64,000 nt of DNA from Eledone cirrhosa (Eukaryota), in contig OZ024740.1 of the NCBI GenBank assembly GCA_964016885.1, positions 68,138,001 through 68,202,000 on the forward strand. Reading direction: 5' to 3'. Position 1 is the first letter of the stretch, and the number at the start of each line of letters is the position of its first letter. The notes beneath the pieces were generated by a model that made no database searches, had not been told where the DNA came from, and saw nothing but the letters and a program-made list of their open reading frames with translations. Both the position numbers and the translations under genes were made by a program. Of this stretch, positions 1 to 13,470 are shown piece after piece.

Positions 1-133
1 TATATATATTATGCTTAGATAGCAGAACGTATGTGTAACAAAACCACTCTCGTTCTGTGTATTACAGTATGGTATGGATGAAGGACTGTCAGTGAATAAA
101 AATTGATTGATGTTATAAGTGTTCATTGTTTTC

Positions 134-255
<122 letters not shown>

Positions 256-356
256 GGGCGTGTGTGTATATATATATGGAAATGAAATTAGAATGTTATT
301 GCTCGACCTAGCACACATATATACTATTAAAACTCTATGAGTATTTGCTTGTATGT

Positions 357-545
357 ATTTTAATACAACCAAACAGTGCATAATAGGAAAATACTTTGCC
401 CCTAAAACGGAAATACTATTGGAATAAAACACGTTCCGCATAAATCGGAGCACGGGTTCCCAATATACGGATTTTTGCCGGGTTCCTTCATAAATAGAGA
501 ATAGGGGAAGTTAGAGAGAAAAATATAGTAGTTGTGAGAGAGCTG
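357..545 (-). repeat. Dispersed repeat family E (diverged copy at 5170-5370), possibly a decayed PLE terminal repeat
   Basis: ttaatacaaccaaa...cataat.ggaaa...ggaata.aaca.gtt.cgc.taaat.ggagcac.ggt is shared with 5172-5300; strand inferred from a weak HHR-like remnant. Confidence 0.55.
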
Positions 546-550
546 ATTGA

Positions 551-575
551 AAGAGAGAGAGAGAGAGAGAGAGAG

Positions 576-647
<72 letters not shown>
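551..647. repeat. (GA)n microsatellite
   Basis: Direct reading; one of dozens of simple repeats, e.g. (TA)/(GT) at 139-250, (CA) at 922-1036, (CT) at 14956-15102. Confidence 0.98.
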
Positions 648-650
<3 letters not shown>

Positions 651-920
651 AGAGCCGGTGAGAGAGAGAGTGAGTGAAGGAGACAGAGTAGAAACATGGA
701 GGAGAGAGAGAGAGATAATTAGTGGGGTTGTTGAATAACAGATGAGTTCAAAGAGATTCGAATACAGCATTACTGCATCTGATTAGTGAATATTAAGTCA
801 CATGTATCATATCATCTGTAGTAGGACATGATATACGTAACGAATATTTCCGGCTAAATATGAAGGATTTGTTAGTGTGTGTGGGTATATGTTTGTGTGT
901 CTATGACCAGTGTATATAGT

Positions 921-978
<58 letters not shown>

Positions 979-1553
979 CACACACACGCGCACACACACA
1001 CACACACGCGCGCGCACACACACAGACACACACACATATATATGTATATATATATGTAACAATTAGAAATTGATTAACATATAAATAAACATGAAACAAT
1101 CATAGGGGATAATTTGTACAAGTGTGTAAGCACACATAGCTAGGTAGGTAACTAAATAAAGTTAACTAGAACTTCAAAAATAGATACCTTATAAGATGAT
1201 TAATCTTCCTTGTATATATTCTATTAAAGAAATATATTTCACCAATTAATCGATTGGTAAACGACAGTAGCCAGTACTTGGATTCTCAACAAGGAAGAAG
1301 TTCAGCCGTCTGTGTTTACGCGTTAAGTTCAAATCACCGACTGGCCAGTAACACGTGCTGTATCTACTAAAAAATACACCCATCATAGTGTACTAAGTGT
1401 GAGAAATGAAATTTCGTTTCATTTTTTCCGTTTATCGTTTTCGGAGCGCCCGGCCGATTAACTCACTCGATATGCAAATTAGGCTTCCCAGCTGTTAATA
1501 TGCATAAGGAAAGTATATACTTTCAGACGTTCAATCATCTGGCAGAAAGGTAT

Positions 1554-1596
1554 ACGTTGCTGACGATAGCTAATAGGCTTGAAACTAGTACTGCGT
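1554..1596 (+). ncRNA. Minimal type I hammerhead ribozyme, family R
   Basis: acgttg-CTGACGA-t-agct-aata-ggct-t-GAAA-ctag-TA-ctgcgt; one stem I mismatch. Confidence 0.75.
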
Positions 1597-1984
1597 TCCT
1601 TTTTCAGTGTTGAATAAATGAGCAACGATGGTTGCTAGACACTGTACGGCTTAATTCGGGATGTTTGTTTACAAACACACCGAGCATTATAATAAATGTT
1701 TGGTGAATCCATACGTACAGATATATATATATATGTATGTATGTAACTATATACATACCAATGTACGTCTGTATACATATATGTATGTTCGTATACATAC
1801 TTATATTTAAGTAACGGCCGTACTAAGAGTGAGAAATGAAATTTCGTTTCGTTTTTTTCCGTGTATCGTTTTCGGTGCGCTCGGCCGATTAACTCACTCG
1901 ATATGGAAATGAGGCTGCTCGGCCGTTAATATGCATAAGGAAATTATATACTTTCAGAAGTTCAATCATCTGGCAGGAAGGTAT

Positions 1985-2027
1985 ACGTTGCTGACGATAG
2001 CTAATAAGCTTGAAACTAGTACAGCGT
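1985..2027 (+). ncRNA. Minimal type I hammerhead ribozyme, family R (intact)
   Basis: acgttg/cagcgt stem I, CTGACGA core, agct/agct stem II, GAAA, palindromic ACTAGT stem III, GUA triplet. Confidence 0.88.
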
Positions 2028-2236
2028 TCCTATTTTAGTGTTGAACAAATGAGCAACGATGGTTGCTAGACACTGTACGGCTTAATTCGGGATGTTTGTT
2101 TACAAACACACCGAGCATTATAATAAATGTTTGCTGAATCCATACGTACATATATATATATGTGTGCATGTATGTATATATATTTACATACTACTGTACG
2201 TCTGTATATGTATGTACGTATACATACTTATATTTA

Positions 2237-2282
<46 letters not shown>

Positions 2283-2285
<3 letters not shown>

Positions 2286-3028
2286 ATTCGCTCTACATGG
2301 TTGAATACAATAAAAGTAATCTTAATTTTTCGAATATTAACAATAACATTCGATTCGTTTCCAATTATGCAAACAAGCTTCATTTTTATAGCCATGTCAG
2401 TAGAATGAACAACTTCATTCTTGCTCTTGTATTGGCATGTAAACAGAACTGCAGACACTAATGTTTCTGGGTATCACCCTTCACCAGTACAGCTGACTGT
2501 TCACCTGCCAATCTATCAGAGCTAGTGAAAATAAATGCTATTTTCTAATATATACAGTGACTGATCTGCCTGATTTGCATATTAACAAACTGGCTGATCA
2601 ATCTGATCTGCATATTAGCAGAGCCACAAATCAGGCAGATTTGCATATCAACAGATCGGGTAGTCAGTTTCCTGTATACGAGCGGTAAATTGCCGGCTTT
2701 GCCACATTTAAATTTAAAAACAAAATGTTCGTTCTACACGGCTTTCATGCCAAGACAAGAAGTTATTCATTCCACTGACATGGCTTTAGAAATGAGGCTT
2801 GTTTGCATAATTGCAAACGAATCGAATGTTATTATTAATATTTGAAAAACTCAGATTAAATGTATTGTATTCAGCCATATAGAGCAGCATTTGTTTTTTT
2901 TATATTTGAATGTGGCAAAGCAGGCCATTTATCGTTCGTATACAGGAAACGGACTGGCCAGTCTGCTGATATGCAAATCTGGCTGATCAGTGGATCTGCT
3001 AATATGCAGATCTGACTGATCAGCCAGT
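2283..3028. mobile_element. Inverted pair of a ~440-bp HHR-bearing unit, bordered by (TA)n on the left and TA/CA-rich repeats on the right
   Basis: 2745-3025 is the reverse complement of 2555-2745 plus 2283-2440; the left arm is slightly more than one permuted unit. Confidence 0.75.
2449..2492 (-). ncRNA. Hammerhead-like fold with one core substitution
   Basis: Minus strand: ctgta-CTGGTGA-a-gggt-gat-accc-a-GAAA-cattagtg-TC-tgcag; stems I-III all pair; GUC triplet. Confidence 0.7.
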
Positions 3029-3155
3029 GTGTTTGTAAATGTGTGCACACGCGCACACATATACAAACACACAAGCACACACACATAAATATAAACACGC
3101 ACATTATATAAATAACACACACACATGTATATATATATATATGTATATATATATT

Positions 3156-3188
<33 letters not shown>

Positions 3189-3408
3189 ATGTGCGTGTGC
3201 GCGTGAATATATATATATATATATATAGTAATAATAGTAGTAGTAATAATAATAGTAATAATAATAAATGTGAAGACTAAAATCCAATGAGGGCTCGATA
3301 AGGATAACTATATATCAAATGTATAAGAACCCTAGAGAAGCGATTCTTTGCTTAAACTTTAATGTTATTTTAATATATATATAGAGAGAGATATATAGAT
3401 ATATATAT

Positions 3409-3548
3409 AAAATCGATGTCTAGCAAATAGAGAAAAAGTTTTAAAATACATTTTAAAAAATTCGCTGTACTTACTGTGCCTAGTAAATAAAGCGAATTTT
3501 TAAAAATTGTTTTTAAAACTTTTTCTCTATTTGCTGGACCTCGATTTC
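3409..3548. repeat. Short imperfect palindrome next to (TA)n
   Basis: agcaaatagagaaaaagttttaaaa / ttttaaaactttttctctatttgct arms; related piece at ~49053-49096. Confidence 0.75.
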
Positions 3549-3657
3549 ATATGTTCTGGCTTGTTAATTTATTAACCCTCCATAGAAGCACATTGACATA
3601 CGGTTGGATAATACTTGTTTCCCTATATGTATTTTTTACCCGTAGGAATTCATTCTT

Positions 3658-3710
<53 letters not shown>

Positions 3711-3769
3711 TATATATATACACACGCATATCTATACACACACATGCAGAATCATATGCATAAACACAC

Positions 3770-4820
3770 TCACTCAATTCCCCTCTCTCACTAAGCCACC
3801 AAATTCTCTCCCTCTCAATATATTCCAATACATACCTCACCCACTCTCACCCTCTTAAAACCCCCTATATCACTAGGCCAATAAACTCTAAGTCCTCTCT
3901 GTAACTCACTACATATCTCACACTCTCTCTTAATTCCCCCTCTCTCACTAAACTAACAAATTCTCTCACCCTCTCTATATTCCACTACATAGATCATTAT
4001 ATTTCACTCTCACAATAGCCTCTATCTAACTAAACCACCAAATTCTCTCTCGCTTTCTATATCCCATTACATACCTCACTCACTCTCACAATCCGCCCTA
4101 TCTCACTAGACCACTAAATTCTCTCCCCCTCTCTATATCCCACTCCATAACTCACTCTACGTCACAATTTCCTCTCTCTCACTAAACTAACAATCTCACT
4201 CCCCCTCACTCTATACCACTCAAGCTTTCACATTTCCCACTCTCTCACTAGACCAGCAATCAATCTCCCCCTCTTTATATCCTACTACTTACCTCACTCT
4301 CTCTCACAATTCCACCTCCCTCACTCAACCACCAAATTATCTTCCCCTCTGTGTATACAACTACATACCTTACTCTCTCGCACTGTCTTAATTTCCCCTA
4401 TTTCACTAAAACAACAAACTTTCCCCCTCACTCTATACAACTGCAAACGTCACACTCACTCAAAAATCTACCTCACTCACTAGACCACCAAATTCTCTCC
4501 CCGCTTTATTTTACAGTATATACCTTATTCACTTTCACTCTCTTAATTCTTCCTCTCTCACTAAACCAACAAATTCTCTCCCGCTCTCTATATTACACAG
4601 CATATCTCATTTTCTCCCTCCCCCCTCTCACTAAAACAACAAATTCTCCCCCGCTCTCTATATTCGACTACATACCTCATTATCTCTCACTCTCACAATA
4701 CCCTCTCACTAAGCCAACAAATTATCCCCGCTCTCTATATCCCACTACTTACCTCACTCTGTCTCACAATTCCCCCAGTCATTAGACCCCCAAATTCTCT
4801 TTTCCTCTCTATATCCCACG
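3770..4820. repeat. Degenerate C/A/T-rich minisatellite, unit ~70-75 bp
   Basis: Recurring ctctcacta(a/g)accaccaaattctctccc..ctctatatcccactacatacctcact. Confidence 0.85.
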
Positions 4821-5117
4821 AAAATAATTTTTTTTACTTTGAAAGAACAAATGGTTTCATCTTCTGTAAAGAACGACAAAGTTCTTCATCTTTTCTGCCA
4901 CCTTTTGGAACCCTGGGGAGTTTGGGGAGTTCTTTCTCTTTTGGGTAGTGTGCTTTTGTTCAATTATTTGATAGGAGTTTGAAATATGTGGAGGAAAAGG
5001 GTGGTGGTGGTGTGGTGGTGTTGGTAGTAGTGTGTTAGTGGTTGTGTAGATGGTAGTGGTGGTGGTGGTTGTGGTAGTGGTAGTGTAGTATTGTTGTTAG
5101 TGATTTCTACATTCTGA

Positions 5118-5155
<38 letters not shown>

Positions 5156-5513
5156 ATACTACTAACACTAATTTAATACAGCCAAAATGGCGCATAATCG
5201 GAAACTAATTTGAAAGGAAGTTGCCTTTGAAATGGGAATACAAATGGAATATAACATGTTTCGCGTAAATGGGAGCACCGGGTCCCCAGACATGGGTTTT
5301 TCCGGGTACTTTCAAAAAGAGAGAGAAAGATAGAGAGAAAGATATAGTGGTTGTGGCAGAGTAGATTGAAGGAGAGACATAGCATAGAGAGATAGAAGGA
5401 TACAGAGAAGGAACATGGAAGATATAGAGAGCTAGTGGTGATGTTGAATGAAATTATAACAAGTGACTTGTGTGTGTGTGTCTGTGACCAGTGTATATAG
5501 GTGACAGAGACCG

Positions 5514-5588
<75 letters not shown>

Positions 5589-5949
5589 TATATATATATA
5601 TATTTATATATACTTAGAGACACATACACTCACACATACACACACACATGCACACACACGCACACAGACACACACACACACACGGGTGGTCTAGTATATT
5701 ATATATATATATATATATATATAGTTCAAGGAGAATACATACAGATATACAAAAAGTCTTATTAGTTTCACGCTTTATATTGGAAGAGGAAAGAAAGTTC
5801 GTCATGTATCTGGCAGTGTTAGCGTATGTTCGTGATATGTGTGGATTTGTATGTGTGAGTGTAAGACTAAATTATAAAGTGCTTACGTTAGTTGCAGTTT
5901 ATAATGTGTACGTGTAAATTATCTACACTGTAGGCGGCGGAATAGGCAG

Positions 5950-6185
5950 AGGAAGTATTCTGGAGGGGCGATGGAGAAGGGTGGTAGGTGAGGTGGAAGG
6001 GCTGTTGGGTGGTCAGGATGGTGACGTGGAGTAAGGGCAGTAGTAGAATCGACGCCACGGGCACGGGTGAGGAGGGGGGGTCTTGGATCAGGGCATGAGG
6101 TTATCCACGTCTAGTGAATATCGACATGTAATGAGACATAATCTCAAAATCACAGGCTCGACTACACAGGCAGCTTAGACGGAGG
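5950..6185 (-). pseudogene. PLE RT thumb/linker fragment (Neptune-like)
   Basis: Minus translation RLSCLCSRACDFEIMSHYMSIFTRRG*PHALIQ and QPFHLTYHP resemble the PLE R..R.CS...F...RGYP and P..LTYHP motifs. Confidence 0.6.
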
Positions 6186-6849
6186 AATTGGGAATAGGGG
6201 ATGGAGTGTTTTATGTGTGTGGGGTGTATATATTTATTCATTATATTTAGGCTAAAGAGAGAGTCTTGTTACTCTGGAGTTTTGCGTATTTATCCTGATT
6301 ACCTTGTGAAAAACAGGCGCAACTCCAAAGGAACATCATGACGAAATTGTAGAAATGTAACTGGATACTCTCATAAACTTCTGCGTAATAAATCAATTCA
6401 ATTAGTAAAATCCGTGCTGCATATAAATAATATATCATTGTAGACTAAACAATTATAATTACCTACGACCACATGGCTACAAACGAAGTAAATATTTGTC
6501 ATAAAAATGTAAAATAAATTAAGTATTTTACAGTGTCATTTTTATTTCCAAACATGTTCTCATGAGTCATGGATATATGTGGACTTCCTAGTCTAGTTAA
6601 AGGAAATATTCAGCAGTGATATGACAAAAATTCATACTATCCGGAACATTTACGTATCGAGAAATACACTTCAATTAGATGTATGGGACGTCGTTTTACG
6701 TACCGTACCACAGACTTGTATTTTTGGTAAGTGCCTCTGCTACAATTACAATCTGACCACTGCGTTATGAGTGAGACTTCGTAACGAGAATCTATTTCGC
6801 AGCCTTCGAATATATATATATATGTGTGTGTGTATGTATATATATATTA

Positions 6850-7800
6850 GAGTGGCCCTTAGCAATAGGTAATTTTCCGAAAGTAAAAATTCTGTTGCTC
6901 CCACCCTCTAATCCTGTTTCAATCAACAGACATATGGGATGTTGTCAATCGGACAACTGGTAGGTGACCCTCTTTTCAAAAGCAGTATACTGTTCCCTAT
7001 TTTGACCATTTTCTGTTTCCTTCTCAGAGAAATTCATGTGGACACATCCAGACAAACCCAGCAAACGTTTAAAAACGTTCTGAATCAAATTTACAAATAC
7101 TTAATTTGAAAAATTCCTGAAATAATATGGCAAAGTTAAGAAATATTAGGTTTTCTTAATAAAGCACAAAACTTCTATAAGAGAAAAGCATTTTTATTTA
7201 TAACAATAATTTCTATAGAATCAAAAACATAATGTGAACACTAAACACAGAATATTCAACATTAGTTTTGCATAACAGAGGCTGGTGAATTGGCAGTATC
7301 GGTAGAGAGTCTGACGCCATGCTTTGCAGCAAAGAGTTACCGCCCTGTATGATCTGAGTTCAAATCCTTCCGAGGTTAACTTTGCCTTTCATCCTTACGG
7401 GGTCGATGAAATAAAGTACCAGTAATGCACTGGGATAATTCCTTGCATTGCGCCAAAAGTAGAAACAATTATTTTTGCGTAACAGAGGATTTATTGGCAG
7501 CTGGGTATGTTTTACAGTTTCAGCTTTTGTGAGAATGTTATTGTAATCCTGAATAAGTTTGACACCTCTTTCTGCAAAATCATTTACAACAACTGTCTTC
7601 TCAAGTTTTTCAAATCCACTTGTGTAACCAGGATCATCCTTCCACGCTGAAGGGTATTTGTCGAGGAAATCGGTGCTGATAGAAAATGTCGTGAACAAAG
7701 TTTTTGTACCAGGTGTTACAAAAGACGAAAACTCGCTGTTTGTAAAGGAAGTAAAGTAATTTTGGTGCAGAATATAACTCTTCAGTTAATTTTTTCTTCT
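6850..7800 (-). mobile_element. DNA transposon remnant (possibly Sola2), transposase C-terminus at ~7500-7700
   Basis: DFLDKYPSAW..DPGY...VVVNDFAERGVKLIQDYNNILTK; terminus-like GAGTGGCCC at 6850; superfamily assigned from recall only. Confidence 0.55.
7281..7472 (+). mobile_element. tRNA-derived SINE with Nin/Deu-like core
   Basis: A box TGGCAGTATCGG, B box GAGTTCAAATCC, core gcctttcatcc..ggggtcgat..aagtaccag; 16-bp TSD ttttgc(a/g)taacagagg. Confidence 0.9.
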
Positions 7801-7854
7801 TCCACTTCGTCACCTTTGTCTGATTCCAGTATAAATTGAGCAATATTTGTCTTA

Positions 7855-8215
7855 AGCTCTCCTTCTTGCCCGCCTTGTTCTCCTTCCTCTCCATTTATCC
7901 TTGCTCTCCTTGCACTCATTCTCTTATTGCTCTCCTTGTTCCCCATGATCTCCTTTCATCATTGCTCTCCTTTTCTCATTGCTCTGCTTGTTCTCTTTGC
8001 GCTCCTTGCTCTGCTTTTATCCTTGTTCCCCTTACTCTCTCTTTCTCCTTGCCCTCAGAGCTCTCCTTTTATCATTGCTCTCTTTGCTCTCCTTTTCTCA
8101 TTGCTCTGCTTGCCCTCCTTTTTTTCTTTTATCTCCTTACTCTCCCTTTCTCATTTCTCTCCTTGCTCTCTTTACTCTCCGTTTCTCCTTGCTATCGCTT
8201 TCTCCTTGTACTTAT
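7855..8215. repeat. CT-rich degenerate tandem repeat (ttgctctcct motif)
   Basis: Direct reading; explains the overlapping Leu/Ser ORFs. Confidence 0.85.
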
Positions 8216-8284
8216 GCACTCGTTTATAAATACAACGAGAAAAGTGGAGGAAGGAGAAATATGAAATCAAGGATTGTAAGGATA

Positions 8285-8335
<51 letters not shown>

Positions 8336-8338
<3 letters not shown>

Positions 8339-8577
8339 AATTAGTATATCTACTAACATATATATACAGATGCATACCTATGCCAGGAAATATATAGGTT
8401 TTGTCTTAGTAATTTTGTGGTTCAATGCATGGGGATGCAGAACAATAACATGAGAGAAAGGCTTCTCCGTACCTTTCTTCGGAAACTATGTTTATTCCCT
8501 TTCAGAAACTAATTAGTTGGAGTGAAATTTTAGTAAGTAAGTTAATTTTTATAATTTTCTTATTTTACGTCTCTCAT
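8336..8577. repeat. Family F pieces between (TA)n tracts
   Basis: 8336-8452 matches 47830-47950; 8470-8577 matches 48255-48367. Confidence 0.75.
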
Positions 8578-9502
8578 ATATATGTATATATATATTATAT
8601 ATCATAAACAATTAGAAATTAGAAGTTAGGATTATCCATCATGAGTTGTCTACTAGGCATCATAGGCATTTCTTCGCGAGATACCTCACCCTAGGGCGAA
8701 ACAATAACTAAAGTTAGTTATTGGGATATATTTCGAACATAAGAACGGGCGAATTTTGACGAGGAGAAAAAGACTTGACCGTAGGAGTGTGAGCGAGAAG
8801 AAAGACCGCGTTCAGTGTTGGACGATGGAGGAAGTTAGAGAGAGGGTGAGTAGCAGAGAGTGAGTGAGTGAAAGTGCAAGGAAAAGGCTAGCCGAGAAAG
8901 GGTGACACGCAGAGGGGGTGAGTACAAGTAAGAGGGAGAATGAGAGAGATAAGGGGGAGAAAAAAGATGGGTCACAGCAGAGGGCGAAGCATATATGAAT
9001 CAAAATGGTGAATACCCTATATATATTTGTGTATATGTATATATATATATATATTATAAATGTTTGTAAATGTATAATAAAGCCAAAACAATGCAGGTAT
9101 ACCGAGTACTCATTTCTCTCACATGTCAACGGATATATATATAACAGTTAAAATGTTGGTGCTCCTACAGCGAAATATAGGTGTTTACCCTATATCTGCG
9201 CTCTGTCCCCAGCTGTACAAGCTGCCTTCGCTATTATATTTATTGTCACTTATCTTTCTAATACCAAGAATAAGTCTGAACAAGTTTTTAATTTAAGAGA
9301 AAATTATATAAGAGATATAAAAATGTTATCTAAAAAAATGTCTTTCCGGGCGAAATCTTCAAAATGTCACGGTCGATGAGGGCCGCGTTGCAGTTGTCGA
9401 CTCGAATTAAAATTTTGCATAGATTGAATTTTATGTTACTTGGAATAAAAAAAGGTGGTGGGGAGTTAAACTTTTGGGAAGTTGAAAAATAAGGGACGCC
9501 CT

Positions 9503-9527
<25 letters not shown>

Positions 9528-9533
<6 letters not shown>

Positions 9534-9586
9534 GTAAGTATGTGTGTATACGTACATACATATATGTATACAGACGTACAGTAGCA

Positions 9587-9650
<64 letters not shown>

Positions 9651-10207
9651 CAGGTACACATACATATATGCACGTATCAGTTTAGCGGACGCTTATTATA
9701 ACGCAGCTTTGTTCGTTTGTAAACAAACTGAACAGTCTGAATTTTTATGCCGTACGGTGTTAAGGCAACCACGTCACCTTTTTGTTCAACACTGACACAG
9801 GAACGATGTACTAGTTTCAAGCTTGTTAGCTATCATCAGCACCGTATACCCATCTGCCAGATAGTTGAACGTTCGAAAGTATATACTTTCCTTATGAAAA
9901 TTAACGGCTGAGCAGCCTAATTTGCATATCGAGTGAGCTACGTCGGTCAGGCATACCGAAAATGATCAGTTGAAAAAACCCAGGTTGTTCAGTTTGTTTA
10001 CAAACGAACAAAGCGGCGTTATAATAAGCGTCCGCTAAACTGATACGTGCATATATGTATGTGTACCTGTATGTATATATATATATATATATATGCATGC
10101 TACTGTACGTCTGTATACATATATGTATGTACGTATACACACATACTTACATTTAAGTAAGTGCCGTATAAGAGTGAGAAATGAAATTTCGTTTTCATTT
10201 TATTTCA
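9528..10207. mobile_element. Family R inverted pair (minus arm 9528-9960, plus arm ~9985-10207)
   Basis: Arms are reverse complements; both 3' ends abut (TA)n. Confidence 0.85.
9803..9845 (-). ncRNA. Hammerhead ribozyme, family R (intact, CUGAUGA variant)
   Basis: acggtg-CTGATGA-t-agct-aaca-agct-t-GAAA-ctag-TA-catcgt. Confidence 0.88.
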
Positions 10208-10209
10208 AC

Positions 10210-10267
<58 letters not shown>

Positions 10268-10359
10268 AGTGTGTGTGTGTGTGTGCCTGTGTGTGTGTGA
10301 GTGTGAGTGTGTGTGTGTATGAGCAAGAGTCTGCGTGTGTTTGTGTGTATATATATACA

Positions 10360-11508
10360 ACTAGCAGCAGGCCCTGGCGTTGTACGGGGTAGCAACACGC
10401 ATATGCACAGATTGAGGAATGTAGCTGTGTCCTTTTTTAATTCCCTTATTCTCAGGGAATGATTGTTCATCTACTGGAAACGTAGAACATCAGCAAACCG
10501 AATCCAGTAGTAGCAGTGTCAGTGGGCTGATTGCGGAAATCCTGTATGCGAAAGGAGTAAGTAAGTGTTGTGGGTCGATGTAAGTTGTAAGTCTGTTCAC
10601 GAATTACGCCACGGATGGGAAAAGCACGTCAGTATGAAGGAGCGACGTAGTCAATTGTGTAAAAACCAAGAAGGGATGTATGTTGAAGTAGGGATATTGA
10701 GATGACGAAATCAGCCTGGCAACGCAGCTGCAGCAGTAGGGGGTCATCGTGCAATTAGCACAAACACTGGGCGGCACTGCTTTCACAGCGTTTATACAGC
10801 AACAAACAAAGGTGCGACAAAATGAGTCACCGCGGAATTAGCACAACCGCTGTTCGGCGTACTTGCGCAGGTGTTCTTACTGCGGTGTAGGTGCAACAAA
10901 ACGGGTCTTAGTAGAGCACAGACGTGAGTTTTACGGTATCAATAACACGCGTACCTACAGAGGGCCCGGATTTGAGCATGATGAAAGCACGAAGCGTCAA
11001 CAGGGCGCCGACAAAAGTTTTAAGGTCCTCATCATTTCCTCAATCCCCCGAAAATGGTCCTGATTAAAAGTAAGTAAGTTTTGTGTCCTCTGTTAAATAA
11101 ACCAAATTTTTAACGAAATATTTTACGCTACTTACGATGTTTAAGTAGCATTTATATTGAAAATGAAAGTGGCATGTAATGCCCAATGCTAATTCGTAAA
11201 TTTTCTAAAAAAATTAATAGAATCGGAAATATTTCGTCCACAGCAATGGGAGGGGTTTAATTAATGTGTGCTGCAAGTTTCGAGGAAATTGGCTGGATGA
11301 AGTTACGCCTCAAGAAAGCCTAAAAATGCCTAAAAAATGCGGTTTTTCGCCTAATGCAGAAAAAGATAAAAATGTTTTAGCCCATTGCACTTCAAGAAAT
11401 ATAAGTAACGCATGTGTAAAGTTTGAAAAATATCGGTCGGGTACTTCTCGAGTTTTAGGGATTTAACAAGACAGACATCCTCTGTTTTATATATATATAA
11501 TATAGATA
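10360..11508 (+). mobile_element. Non-autonomous Helitron/Helentron-type element (DINE-1/Lep1-like)
   Basis: 5' ACTAG...ccctggcgttgtacggg; 3' aagtttgaaaaatatcggtc...ttctcgagtttta...acagacat...ttttatatatatataatatagat; no TSD seen. Confidence 0.6.
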
Positions 11509-11859
11509 ATACATACGTAGAGATTATTTTTTTCGATTTACCCCACGTAAATCGTAGAGCGACAGAACTACATATACTTCTCAGCCTATTTGAAGGAAAT
11601 ATTCGACATTTCTACGACAAATGTTTCTAACAACTCGAACATCTTCAAGAACCTAGGAATATTCTACCGTTTGATTTTCTAATTTTTAACGCCAGAAAGC
11701 GATGTATGTATATTTAAGGGGAAAGCTCCGTTAGGATGATGTTTCGGGTTTTGGCTCACTGCATGGCACCATTGTCAAGCTTGTTTTTTGAAAAATATAG
11801 TCTGACCAATACTTTGGGAGAAATTTTACACAAAGCAGGGGTAAACAAGTACGACAGTT

Positions 11860-12220
11860 TGGTACATTGTCTCCTTCCATATCGGTGAACTCGGTTCAGC
11901 GGTCCACATATTTGCGTATTCACTACAAGAAGGTTTTCGGTGGTCGCGCAACGATTTATGCACCGCTACCAGCACATCTTTATCTGTAGGAAAAGACCTG
12001 ATCGATGATCCTCGTAAAGCATCTTAATTTGGTCAAAGAGATAATAGCCGGAAGCTGCCATATCTTCATTCTTCTAGCAGTCATGTAAATGTTCGCAGAC
12101 CTCAACAGGTTTGCGCTAGAGCTCTGCGATAAGCTATCTTGGCACCCAACGCGCACAGTCATTATGGAAGCCAAACTCGTCGTCGATGATTTGATAGGCA
12201 GAAAAATGACTCTCCATTTT
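11860..12220 (-). pseudogene. Internally deleted mariner transposase
   Basis: YQIIDDEFGFHNDCARWVPR (WVPx motif) joined directly to DMAASGYYLF..K..LRG...KYVDR*TE...EGDNV (C-terminus), with stops and frameshifts. Confidence 0.8.
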
Positions 12221-12221
12221 G

Positions 12222-13050
12222 TATATCAACTACACGGAACTCTCTTCCAAACCACCTCTCTATATCAATTAACATTAAACTATCCCCGCTCTCTATACCT
12301 ACCATAAAACACTATCTCTCATTCCCACTCACTCTAACCATCACTACCAAACATTCCTGCTCTCTTTATCTATCAATACCTATCGCAATCAATCTTCTCA
12401 CTCTATTCATTACCACCAAACTCTCCCGTCTCTACATCAACAATACAACGTACTCGACCAATACACCTTTCTAAATCAATTAACAACAAGCTACCTCTCT
12501 CTCTCTATCTACCATATAACACTCTCGCTCATTCCCTCTTACTCTATCCAACACTACCAAACTCTCCCTCTCTATATATCTATCAATACCTATCTCTATC
12601 AATCGTTTCACTCAATTCAGTACCTCCAAACTCTCTCCCTATCTACTACACGAAACTCTCTTCCAATACGTCTCTTTATATCAATTAACCACAAACTCTC
12701 CCCCTCTCCATATCTATTAACCACTAACTCTCCTCCTCTCCATATCTATTACACGGGACTATCTTCCAATATCCCTCTCTATATCAATTAACCCCAACCT
12801 CTCTCCCTCTCTATATCTACTATACGGCACACTCTTACCCCCCCCCCTCTATATATAAATTAACAATATACTCTTCCACTATGTATATCTACAATATGGA
12901 AATGTCTTCAAATGCCTCAATGTATATCGATAAACATCGAATCTCGCCACCTCACTATATCTAATATAAAACACACTCTCCCAATCTCCATATAATTTTC
13001 CATATAAATTACCACCAAACTCTCCCCCCACTCTATATCTATATATGTCT
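12222..13050. repeat. Degenerate minisatellite similar in composition to 3770-4820
   Basis: Recurring ctctctatatc(aattaacc/tac)..aaactctccc motifs. Confidence 0.8.
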
Positions 13051-13342
13051 CTATATAACATGTACATTAATTGTAGCGCTTATACAACTAAATGTTTTGG
13101 TAGTTTGGGGAGAAAAATATAATTATTGGGTTCCACCATCCCTGTAGATATATGCCTAAAAAATGCTTCAATTTCTTTTGATCCGATGAAATGGATTTGA
13201 TGATAAACTTTTTAACTATTAATATCATTCTTGCACAACCGAACACATTTTTGCTGATCAAAATATGCCCATTTTTAATATATTCAATTTATATTCAGAT
13301 AATTTTGAAGAATAGGCTGAAAAGAACTTTTGATTAAATTTA

Positions 13343-13470
13343 AATTGTCAGAGTCGTTAGAACCTCGGACAAAATGACGCTGTATTTTTCCGATCCGTTG
13401 TTTTCAGATCCCACAGAGTCCAATTGTGCATATCAACCTTTCGGGGCCGATAAATAAAGTATCAATCGGG
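13343..13470 (+). mobile_element. Older, diverged tRNA/Nin-type SINE
   Basis: ttgtcagagtcgttagaacctcggacaaaatg...cctttcggggccgataaataaagta. Confidence 0.55.

Larger units (their letters stand above)
1388..2240 (+). mobile_element. Family R: two head-to-tail ~431-bp non-coding units, each with a hammerhead (retrozyme-like)
   Basis: Unit repeats with HHR cores at 1560 and 1991 (period 431); no credible ORF; ends in a (TA)n tract. Confidence 0.85.

Noticed and set aside
3770-4820. CRISPR-like periodic array
   Set aside because: Eukaryotic context; the whole unit is degenerate, with no unique spacers and no cas genes. It is a minisatellite.
5250-5292. Family E hammerhead (CTGGGGA...GAAACATGTTA on the minus strand)
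   Set aside because: Core and stems are too degenerate in both copies to call.
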